Of a DNA stretch of 64,000 bases, positions 34,210 through 43,600 are shown piece by piece. The position numbers and the translations under genes are program-made. Every line of letters starts with the position of its first letter. Position 1 is the stretch's first letter. The stretch lies in the IMG/VR virus record IMGVR_UViG_3300044727_000112; one strand, 5' to 3'. Under the pieces are notes generated by a model. That model ran no database searches. It had not been told where the DNA came from and saw only the letters and a list, made by a program, of their open reading frames with translations. Source of the stretch: an uncultured virus (IMG/VR IMGVR_UViG_3300044727_000112). Its lineage: Duplodnaviria > Heunggongvirae > Uroviricota > Caudoviricetes.

Positions 34210-35671
34210 TTACCGCAACGAAAAATACGCTATTTTCCCGCACCACCCCTACAGTCAGATCCAATTACGCGCGGCAGATCTCGATGTTCCGCCGCCGATT
34301 CTGTATTATTTCGATTGGAATTCGGCTGACGGCGAGAAGCCGTTCCAGGTGCAGAAGAACACTGCTGCACTCGCGACCTCGTACCAGCGCGCATATATCC
34401 TTAACGATATGGGCACCGGCAAGACCCGCGCGGCCCTGTGGAGTTGGTTTTATTTACGCCAGGCCAGCGTGGCCAATAAATTATTGGTCGCGGCGCCCCT
34501 CAGTACCCTGAAGTTCGTATGGCAGCGCGAGATTGGCCTGATCATGCCGCAGATCAAGGTCGCCGTGCTGCACGGAAGCAAACAGCAACGGCTCGATGCC
34601 CTCGCCAGCGACTGTGATGTCTTCATCATCAACCATGATGGACTAAAAACCATCGTGCTGGAACTGCAGGCGCGCACCGACATCGACACACTGATTCTCG
34701 ATGAGCTCGCGGTCTATCGCAACAATAGTAAGCGATCCAAGCAGATGCGAGCGTTTGCACAGAGATTCACCTGGGTCTGGGGCATGACCGGCCGGCCGAT
34801 GCCGCAATCGCCTGTGGATGTGTGGAACCAGTGCAAGATCCTCACACCGCAGAACGTGCCCAAAAGCTATACCTGGGCCAAGACCGCGCTGATGCAGCAG
34901 GTGGATCTGTATAAATGGGTGCCCAAGGAGGGCGCAATCGAGACCGCTTTCAGCTGGATGCAGCCGTCGGTGCGCTATTCCCTGGATGATGTGGTGGAGT
35001 TGCCAGAAGCGATCGTGCGTACACTAGATGTGGAGCTCAGTGAAGAGCAAGCCACCACATATCGAACGGTTGCAAATGAATATATTGCCTGGATAAAAGA
35101 GCAGCGGATAACTGCCGCAAACGCTGCAGTCGCGCTTGGGAAATTGTTGCAAATCGGCTGTGGCTATGTCTATTCTAAATCACCGCTCTACGCAAAACTC
35201 GACTCGACACCGCGCCAGCAATTGTTTCTCGAATTGCTGGAGGAGGCGGCGCATAAGGTCATCGTGTTCTGCCCCTGGCGGCACCTGATCGATAATCTAT
35301 CAACTCTACTGACCGAAGAAGAGGTCGACCATGCCGTGGTTCATGGAGACATTACTCTCAAGAACCGTGGCACGATCTTCAACGCCTTCCAGAACACCAG
35401 TCAATACAAAGTTCTTCTAGCTCATCCTGCGTGTCTCCATCATGGAGTCACGTTGACTGCCGCGACGACCATCATCTGGTACAGCCCGGTGACGTCGTTG
35501 GAGCAATACGAGCAGGCCAACGCCCGCATCCGTCGGGTGGGACAAAAACATAAGCAGTTGTTTCTACACATCCAATCGACTGCCGTAGAATGCAAGGTCT
35601 ACGGAATGTTGCGTAACAAAGCGAGATTACAAGATGCGTTCCTGGAACTAATAAAAACATCGACCACCTAA
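34094..35671 (+). CDS. SNF2-family helicase
   Basis: DMGTGKT, ILDE, MTGRP, QANARIRRVGQ. Confidence 0.9.
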   Translation: MILWRLPVPCSPIIHPRSQRLLVPYDRVCALWPDAQTINYRNEKYAIFPHHPYSQIQLRAADLDVPPPILYYFDWNSADGEKPFQVQKNTAALATSYQRAYILNDMGTGKTRAALWSWFYLRQASVANKLLVAAPLSTLKFVWQREIGLIMPQIKVAVLHGSKQQRLDALASDCDVFIINHDGLKTIVLELQARTDIDTLILDELAVYRNNSKRSKQMRAFAQRFTWVWGMTGRPMPQSPVDVWNQCKILTPQNVPKSYTWAKTALMQQVDLYKWVPKEGAIETAFSWMQPSVRYSLDDVVELPEAIVRTLDVELSEEQATTYRTVANEYIAWIKEQRITAANAAVALGKLLQIGCGYVYSKSPLYAKLDSTPRQQLFLELLEEAAHKVIVFCPWRHLIDNLSTLLTEEEVDHAVVHGDITLKNRGTIFNAFQNTSQYKVLLAHPACLHHGVTLTAATTIIWYSPVTSLEQYEQANARIRRVGQKHKQLFLHIQSTAVECKVYGMLRNKARLQDAFLELIKTSTT

Positions 35672-35684
35672 TGGAGAGTAAGCA

Positions 35685-36116
35685 ATGTCTAACAATGGAA
35701 AGATGACATCGAGTCCTCGATTCGATGAATTGGTAAAAGCCTTTGTCGACTGCCGTAATAAAATCAAAGAAATCGAAGAGCAACACAAGCAAGAGCTTGC
35801 AAAACCATATAGACTCAGAGAGCTTTTGACCGAACGGCTGCTGCATGGGCTGGCTGCTACTGGTCAGCAGATGGCTCGCACCGAATATGGCACGGTATCA
35901 GCAGCAGTGCGCGATACGGCGTCGTGCTCTGATCCCAATTTATTCATCGACTATGTGCGCGAACATGATGCCTACGAGCTCTTGGATCGTCGGCCCAACA
36001 GCACCGCGTGCAAGGAATTCCTGAAAGCCAACAATCAGTTGCCGCCTGGCGTGAAGCTCAACAGCATGCGCTATGTCAATGTGCGTACCGGTACGCCATC
36101 TCAAACAGAGGACTGA
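35685..36116 (+). CDS. phage replication-module protein
   Basis: Coiled N-terminus, RTEYGTV, LPPGV; usual neighbour of SNF2/SSB genes. Confidence 0.6.
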   Translation: MSNNGKMTSSPRFDELVKAFVDCRNKIKEIEEQHKQELAKPYRLRELLTERLLHGLAATGQQMARTEYGTVSAAVRDTASCSDPNLFIDYVREHDAYELLDRRPNSTACKEFLKANNQLPPGVKLNSMRYVNVRTGTPSQTED

Positions 36117-36122
36117 CTGATT

Positions 36123-37184
36123 ATGACCGCGAACAACGGTAAGATTCAGGTTGCCGAGAAGTTCCGACACCTCAATCCACACCACAACCTGTCGGACAGC
36201 ATCCGCGGTGGCGATTTCCATTCCATCAGGATGAAAGGCAAGATCTGGAAGCTGCAGAGTGGCGGTGAGCTCTATTCCTTCATTCAAGCTGACGGCCATC
36301 CGCTGCCATATCTCGATGTGGTGATCGTCGGCATCCATCCCGGTCCGGGGAATTCCAGGGTCTATTATCCCGGTGCCTACCAGGAAGACTCGAACAATCC
36401 GCCGACCTGTGCCAGCCTTGGCGGTGAGGTACCGGATCCCGGTGTGCCAATCCAACAGCACAAGACCTGTGCCGGCTGTCCGCATGACCAGTGGAAGCCG
36501 AATAGAGGTGGCAAGGATTGCAAGGAGCATAAGCGCATCGCGGTCGTGCTGCTGCCGTACATGAAAACCAAGCCGCCACTGGATGCTTCGCTGACGACAC
36601 CACCGCCGCCGGTGTTCTTCAAGGTGCCGCCGGCTTCGCTCAAGGTGTGGAAGGCCTATACCGACGAACTGCAGGCGCGCGGAGCTCCCTTCGCCGCCGT
36701 GATCACCAGGATCACGTTTAGCCCCGACAAGCTGTTCGAGATGACGTTCAACTATCTCAAGTCGCTCACGGACGCCGATGCCGACTTGATCCTGCCGTTG
36801 TTGGATGCTGCAGCGACCAAAAACATTCTCGGCAGCATGCCGGAGTACAAGCAGATCGGCAGCATCCCGCCGATGGATACCCCGCAGGAGACCGGGTTCG
36901 CGGCTGCCTTTGGTGTCAAAAAGGAAATGGGGCTATCCCATGGTGCTCAAGTGGAGTCACAATTTGGGGCGGCGGGGCAAGAGCTCTCTGTATCTCCCAA
37001 ACGTGGCCCAGGACGGCCTAAAAAGGTGGTGGAGGCGGTGCAGCAGGTAGAACAGGTCAAAGCCGCTGAGGAGCCCGCGGAAGCCGAAAGCGAGACTTCA
37101 GCCTTTGAGGAGGTTAAGGACGACGAGCTCGACAGCATGATGAACCAAGTGCTGGGGAGTAAGGTCGGCAAGATGATGTCATAG
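36123..37184 (+). CDS. putative ssDNA-binding/annealing protein
   Basis: PPTCAS...CAGCP...KDCK, VPPASLK, acidic C-tail. Confidence 0.6.
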   Translation: MTANNGKIQVAEKFRHLNPHHNLSDSIRGGDFHSIRMKGKIWKLQSGGELYSFIQADGHPLPYLDVVIVGIHPGPGNSRVYYPGAYQEDSNNPPTCASLGGEVPDPGVPIQQHKTCAGCPHDQWKPNRGGKDCKEHKRIAVVLLPYMKTKPPLDASLTTPPPPVFFKVPPASLKVWKAYTDELQARGAPFAAVITRITFSPDKLFEMTFNYLKSLTDADADLILPLLDAAATKNILGSMPEYKQIGSIPPMDTPQETGFAAAFGVKKEMGLSHGAQVESQFGAAGQELSVSPKRGPGRPKKVVEAVQQVEQVKAAEEPAEAESETSAFEEVKDDELDSMMNQVLGSKVGKMMS

Positions 37185-37239
37185 GAGTGTGTAGTACGCC
37201 TGGGCGGACAGGCGCGGTCAGCAAAGATGCGGCGGCATC

Positions 37240-40188
37240 ATGGACGTCAGAGGCTTTATCGCCACCGTGGTTGCGTGGGATTCCGGTGGCTATGTGACCG
37301 TACACTGGTATCGCCGTGACCACGAAAAGTGGTTCGGACGATCGCACCGGACTCTTGATGACGTCCTGACGACGGTGAATGACCTTGAATCCAAAGACCT
37401 TTACGACGTCTATTTCTGCCTCTCTACCCAATCCGAGAACCGCGGCTCGCGATCGCGGAAAAATGCCAAAGCTTTGCGGTCGTTGTGGTTCGACTTCGAT
37501 GTCGACCCCGACGACCCCAAGAAATACCCCAGCGTAAGAGCCGCCTTTGCGGCGCTGATCAATTTTTGCAAGCTGCTGGAGATCCCCTACCCGTCATTTG
37601 TCGTGAAGTCGGGAGGCGGGTTGCACGCCTATTGGTCCTCCGACCGGGATCTGACGGTCACGGAGTGGCAGCCCTATGCCGATCTGCTCAAGACCGCTGC
37701 CCGCGCCAGTGGCTTGATGATCGACTTCGCCGTGACCGGTGATGCCGCTCGCATATTACGTTTTCCCGGCACCAAGAACCGCAAGTACGGCGAACCACGC
37801 CCGGTGCAGCTGCTAAAGAGCAGCAACGGCGAACAATATGATTTTACCGAGATATTCCAAAAAACTTTTCTCGATTTCCCTATATCATCGAATTTTAGAC
37901 ATAGTAGTACTGCGCCGATCGGTGTTGCTGATTCGTTCAAGCACCTCGACCCCCATCACACCCTCAATGACGGCATCATCATTCGCACGGCGCCGCTGTT
38001 GCCGTTGGAGCCGATCAAAGACGAGTGCGCCTGGCTGCGGGATGTGCATAACAGCGGGGGCGAGCTCTATGACAATAATCTGTGGAACGCGAGCGTGCTG
38101 TGCGCCACCTTCCTGCAGAACGGCCATGAACTCGCACACGAGTTCAGCTACAAGCATCCGGATTATGTGAACGAGAAGACCGAAGAATTATGGGTGCGCA
38201 AGAATCGCGAGCGCCAGGAAAAAGATATCGGCTGGCCGTTCTGCAAGACCATCAACGAGAGCTACGGCTGCACCCTGTGCGAAGGCTGTGCCCACCAGCA
38301 CACGGGCAAAAGCCCGCTCTCGATCGGCTATGCCGCCATCCTCAATGAGATCAACGACAAGGAAATGACAGATCTCGGTGGCAAGCGCCCGCCGAGTCTA
38401 CGGCTGCCGGAAGGGTTCTGCACCGACCCGCAGGATCGGCTCTGCGCCTTTATCCCCAGCATGGACAGGGGCAACAAAGTCAACCCCGGCAGGCTGATAT
38501 GGTTGTTCAGCAACACCTTTCACGATCCCAAGCTGGAGGTCCAAGACAGCATTGGAGGTGTAAGTTTTATTGTGCAGGCGACCCGCACCAACGTGAACGA
38601 AGTGTTTTTGAGCGCGGTTACTGTCCATGCCGACCAAGGTCTATTCAAAACACTGGCAGCCAAAGGCGTGATCTACAACGGTGAAACTGAGGCCAAACCC
38701 ATGATCGAGAAATTCGCCACTTCCTGGCTCGACAAATTGCTGATCGAAGACACCCCCACTGCCCGCGATCTGTCCATGGGCTGGCGGCATGAGGAGTCAC
38801 GGATCATCGGCTTCGTTTACGGCAACAAGCTCTATCATGAGAACGGCACTGTCATGCCGGTCGTCGGCGGCACCGATGACGAGTTCCGTTCCTGGTATAC
38901 CCCGGTCGGCAGGCGCGAGGTCTGGGTGCAGTGCGCCAAGCTGCTGACCGATCGCAAGCGGCCGGAGCTCGATATCCTGATCGCTGCCGCCTTTGCCGCC
39001 CCCTTGTGCGTGTTCGCCGGCACGCTCTATGGCCCGGTCCTAGTGGAGTGGGGCGAGCCAGGTACCGCCAAGAGCACCGCCCAGCAGGTGGCGGCCGCGG
39101 TCTATGGCCATCCTAAGCAAACCAGGGAGAGCCTGAACTCCACACCGAAGTCGATCCAGGGCCGGCTGGGACGGGTCAAGAACCTGCCGGCCTGGTGGGA
39201 CGATATTCAGGACGAACGTCATTTGGATGCGCTATTCAGCACCATGTTCGTAGCGTCGGAAGGGGCCGAAGGCGGCCGGCTCAACCCCGACGCCACCTAT
39301 AAAGTGCGCCTGCACTGGCAAACCATTTTGATCGCGTGCGCCAACGCCAGTTTTGTTGAATATTTGACCCGCAAGCAGAAGTCGACCACCGCTGGAATGA
39401 GGCGCGTGTTCGAGATCGAGTTCAACAAGCAGCCGCAGGGCGAGCCTGGGATGATAAATCAGCTGGAGGCGAGCAAGGTCTTTGCTCAGCTGGAACACAA
39501 TTACGGAATGATCGGTGCTGAATATGCAGCGTTTCTGGGGCGCAGGCATGTCGAAATCAGCGAATTGGTACAGAAAGTGGTCGATCGCTTCACCCTCAAG
39601 GTCAAGGGCACAGGTGATGAATCATTCTGGACCGGGCTATGCGGCGTGCTGATCGTCGGCGCCATGCTGTCGCGGCAATTCGGAACCGAGATCGGCATCC
39701 AGCGGCTCGAGGACTTTCTGATCAAGGCCTTCCTGCACAACCGGCAAATCCGGGTCACGGAAGGTACCGAGGCCGGCACCTACGACCACACCGAACAAGC
39801 CATCACAGGATTTCTCAATCACTGGTTCGGCAAAGGAAATTACATCGTCACCGCCCGCATGTTCAAAGACCGGCATACCGAAGTGCATAAGATCACCGAT
39901 CCCAATGTCGGCTGTCCGATCTACATTCATATCTGTCGGGACGATCGCGTCATCATAGTATCCAAAAAAGCACTGCGAAAATATCTTGACGACAACGATA
40001 TTCGCACTCGCCAGGTGTTCGACGGCTTGGAGAAATATTTCGAATCCAAAGAAGCCAAGCTCCACATGGGAGCCGGCACCACCTACGCACAGACGCAGGA
40101 GCAATGCTTTGTGCTGACCGTGAAGGACGACAACAGCGCGCTTTACGGAATCCTAACGTCGAAGGGCCAGCCCCAGGCTGGGGGTTGA
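37240..40188 (+). CDS. primase-helicase (RepB-like primase + DUF927)
   Basis: WFDFD, SGGGLHAYW, RILRFPGT.N.K; GEPGTAKST Walker A; DD Walker B. Confidence 0.88.
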   Translation: MDVRGFIATVVAWDSGGYVTVHWYRRDHEKWFGRSHRTLDDVLTTVNDLESKDLYDVYFCLSTQSENRGSRSRKNAKALRSLWFDFDVDPDDPKKYPSVRAAFAALINFCKLLEIPYPSFVVKSGGGLHAYWSSDRDLTVTEWQPYADLLKTAARASGLMIDFAVTGDAARILRFPGTKNRKYGEPRPVQLLKSSNGEQYDFTEIFQKTFLDFPISSNFRHSSTAPIGVADSFKHLDPHHTLNDGIIIRTAPLLPLEPIKDECAWLRDVHNSGGELYDNNLWNASVLCATFLQNGHELAHEFSYKHPDYVNEKTEELWVRKNRERQEKDIGWPFCKTINESYGCTLCEGCAHQHTGKSPLSIGYAAILNEINDKEMTDLGGKRPPSLRLPEGFCTDPQDRLCAFIPSMDRGNKVNPGRLIWLFSNTFHDPKLEVQDSIGGVSFIVQATRTNVNEVFLSAVTVHADQGLFKTLAAKGVIYNGETEAKPMIEKFATSWLDKLLIEDTPTARDLSMGWRHEESRIIGFVYGNKLYHENGTVMPVVGGTDDEFRSWYTPVGRREVWVQCAKLLTDRKRPELDILIAAAFAAPLCVFAGTLYGPVLVEWGEPGTAKSTAQQVAAAVYGHPKQTRESLNSTPKSIQGRLGRVKNLPAWWDDIQDERHLDALFSTMFVASEGAEGGRLNPDATYKVRLHWQTILIACANASFVEYLTRKQKSTTAGMRRVFEIEFNKQPQGEPGMINQLEASKVFAQLEHNYGMIGAEYAAFLGRRHVEISELVQKVVDRFTLKVKGTGDESFWTGLCGVLIVGAMLSRQFGTEIGIQRLEDFLIKAFLHNRQIRVTEGTEAGTYDHTEQAITGFLNHWFGKGNYIVTARMFKDRHTEVHKITDPNVGCPIYIHICRDDRVIIVSKKALRKYLDDNDIRTRQVFDGLEKYFESKEAKLHMGAGTTYAQTQEQCFVLTVKDDNSALYGILTSKGQPQAGG

Positions 40189-40211
40189 GGTTTTCCCATG
40201 TTGGGAAAACC
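40189..40211. terminator. hairpin between convergent operons
   Basis: GGTTTTCCCA-TGT-TGGGAAAACC. Confidence 0.6.
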
Positions 40212-40292
40212 CGTCCGCAGCCGAGATGATGGCAATGCGCAAGAGCAAAGCCAAGAAGCCATCGGTTCATTCTGATAAAAAAATCTAGCAGT

Positions 40293-40505
40293 TTAAGTCT
40301 TTGGTTTGATCGGCTTCTCTGATTTGGTGTCGCCTTCAAGCTCAGACTGCGAGCCACCCTTACCGACCTTCTTGAAGTCGGTCTTCTCGCTGTCCTCCCG
40401 AAATGAATCTGGCGTCTTCATGAATCGGGATCTGGTCGTGAAGACCTCACCGCCGCAAGCGTATTTAGCGGTGACCGGCCCTTTGCCCTTGTAAGGTGCA
40501 TTCAT
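40293..40505 (-). CDS. small basic protein with YACGG motif
   Basis: AGGAG RBS; ATGA overlap. Confidence 0.6.
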   Translation of the reverse strand: MNAPYKGKGPVTAKYACGGEVFTTRSRFMKTPDSFREDSEKTDFKKVGKGGSQSELEGDTKSEKPIKPKT

Positions 40506-40663
40506 TTGCGAGCTCCTTTTGGCTTGCTCTCTGAGATTGCGATAGCGATAGCTTGCTTTCGATTGGCCACCTTCGGCCCGGTCTTGGAGCCGGAGTGTAG
40601 GGTGCCGTGCTTGAACTTGTGCATGACGTCCTTGATGGTGGCCTGACCCTTACCCCGCGGCAT
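40502..40663 (-). CDS. DUF6496-like small basic protein
   Basis: Not in the track: MPRGKG...VMHKFKHGTLHSGS..GPKVANRKQAIAIAISES. Confidence 0.75.
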   Translation of the reverse strand: MPRGKGQATIKDVMHKFKHGTLHSGSKTGPKVANRKQAIAIAISESKPKGARK

Positions 40664-40675
40664 GATTTTCTCCCA

Positions 40676-43600
40676 TCACCTGTGGTAGCCGGTCGAACGC
40701 TGCACCGGACCACCGCGCGCGAATTTGCGAGGTGGCTCTTGCGGTAGGCCACGCGATTGCAAATCACGGTTCTTGGCTTTTTCAGCCCGTCTCCATTCCC
40801 GCTCTTCACGATCAATAGCCGATTTGCCGTAGCCTTCCGGATCGGTTTGCCAGGTACCCGGCGGCCGGATGCCAATGATCTGTTCCGGATAGGTGATCTT
40901 AGACCCGATGCGCGGGGTCTGTATCATTTGCTTGCCCATGATCGGCAGCATCTTCTCGCCTGCCGCCTTGGCGCGAGTTTCCATCCACTCCTTCAGCGAA
41001 GCATGCGGAGGCACGATGGGTTCTGGACCATAGGCCGTCATTCGTCTGTTGGAGGCCTGTTCGAGGAGTGAGCTCGTTAACCCTGGCATTTTGTTTCTTA
41101 GCTCTTCGCCGATCTGGCTAAATTCTCCCCCCTCAGTCGTAAATGGACGTAGATACGCCCTGACATCCTTGTGGTAACCCGGCAGCAGCGCCTGCTCTTT
41201 AATCTCCTTCTTGCCACCGACGCCTGGGGCGGTGCCGCCGGTATGCGGTGTCCCCATGAAGGCCGGCATGACATCGTCTTGTTCGATCTTACCGGTTTTG
41301 AGATAGGTGTAGGTCAATCCCAGAAGGCCGGTCGCGAGCGGATAGGCGATCGCAGATGCAACTCGAGGATCATAATTCTTGGAGGTGATGCTGGCGCGGT
41401 TTTGACCATAATATGCGCCCTTGATCCCGGATGCCCAGCCCGCACCAAGCCCGCGGATAACGCCGCCGATGGAAAACGAAGGCGAGCGCAAACCAAGTGA
41501 CATGATATCGCGTACCGCACGATTCATCATCGTGTTGTCATGCACCATCTCGCCCATGAAGTTGTCGACGTTCTTGAGCGTCTTGATCGAAACTTCGTGC
41601 AATTCTGCCGGTGTAGCCGTCGGATTCGAATCCAACCAAGATTTGATGTTGTGAAAAGCGGCAGCTGCCTTCAGGCGCGGGATGACGACTTCGAACAGCG
41701 GTTGGGAAATAGCCTGCATCACCTGGCCGGCGATGCGGAAGGGGTACATCACTCCAGCCTTGATATCGCCAGCACCGTAGATCCTGGATATTTCCTCCTT
41801 TATTTTGGCTGGGGTAAATTGCCCGCGTAGGGCAGCGGTCCATGCCGATCCCGCTCGCGACATATCGTAGTCGAGCGTATGGGAAATGCCGAACGGCTTC
41901 CAATTAGCATCCCGCATAGCATCGACGATCGCTCGTTCCTGCGGCGTGGCATTCATAGAAGTCAGCTTGGCTTGATCCCGCCCTGCCAAATAGATATCGC
42001 GGATCCGGTTGGCGGTACGAAAACCGGTTACCGGCATTGCTATGCCTTTGGCGAAACTGATGGCGGCGAGATCGGGTCGGCCGGCCATGACCTGTGAAAC
42101 CGCGGTTCCCAGCGGCTGGGCGATGGTCTCATGCAGGGTAGTGAAGGCGTGGTAAGCCGGACCCAACAATTCCACAGCCGTATAGGCGTTGGAGACTCGC
42201 CGCCAGGCATCGAGGGCTTCTCGTGGCACCCCTGCTCCGGACAGGCCCGCACTGTGGAAATTGTTCATGGTCTCGGCAAACTCGCGCGGAGCATAAGCCG
42301 AACGGCCGCCTTCATCGACTACACCATTGATCCTTGCCCATCCCGGCGGCGGCGCATTGCGCTGGGGAGCATTTGGCGTACCGGCACCACCAATTGATTC
42401 CGGAGCAAAATGCGAAATGTACCCAGCTGCTTTGCCCTCATGGAGTTGTTGCTGCCAGGACATGTATTTCGACATGCTGTCGACATACATCAGCACCCGT
42501 TCGATCGGATTGTGCGTCACCGGCTCAAACCCGGCACTGATGGCATCTTCGTCGGTGGGGAATTTCTTTTGTTTCAAACTGCCCGCACCGCCAGCCTTTG
42601 GTCCACTGTCCGCATAGGTGCTCATGAATCCAGCCACCCCCTGCGGATCCTTGAAATGTCCAGTCAGGTAGGTGTTGCTGTTCCAAAATTGCTGCTGCTG
42701 GAACTTCGGCAGTGACGTGATGTAGTCGCGGTAATTGGCGTAGACTTTGCGTAATGCATCGACCACCGGCAGAAAATCTTTCGGTGGCACGTAACCAGGG
42801 AAATGGTTGCCGCCCTGGATGTAATTGACCATCATGCGTTGCTCGGTAGGGGACGACGTGTTGAGCAACCGATGCATCTTGTCAGAGAAGCTGTGTTTTG
42901 CGATCTGCTTTTCCTGTTCAGCCCGCCCTTCCGCTTTCATGATGATGTTGCGCGCGGCTCGACCTGATGGTGTCGACGAAGCTGTAACCCCCAGCCAGCG
43001 TTGCATGGCTGCTGTAAAGCCTGTCCTGAAATCCTCCGGTGTGGCGGCAGCGAGCGGCTTTTTTGCTGCAGGTGGCGGTGGTGTCGGCGGCACCTGCCGC
43101 GCCGCCGGCCGCGGTCCACCACCGGGCGGCAGTCCACCTGGAGGCGGTCCACCGCGGCCGGGGCCTCCTGGCTGCGGTTGAACCTGCGGCACCTGCCGGC
43201 GCGCGCCGGCTGGTACAGGCTGTGCAGTCTGTGCGGGCTGGGCAGTGAGCCGCTGGCTTTGCCGGCGCTGGAGCTCATTGATGATGGCTTCGCGCTGCAG
43301 GGTGGAGGTCTTCGGATTCTGACCGCGGGCGTGGAGCTCCTGGTCGGTCAGGCGGGCGAATTCATTTGGCGGCTGCCGCTCCATGGCTTGCCGGCGAGGT
43401 GGAAGCTCTCCCGGTGGTCGAGGACCAGTCGCCTTTTCCGCCCCCTTTTCAAGAATTGGATAGCGACCCTGCTCCGGCTGTTCTGTCATTGTCCGGCGTT
43501 CGGTGGCGATCGGACGACCGCCACGCCCGCGGCCACCCTCGACCGGCTCACGGCGAATCATGCCCTGAATCGAAGGGCGATCTGTTGACCCTTTTAAATT

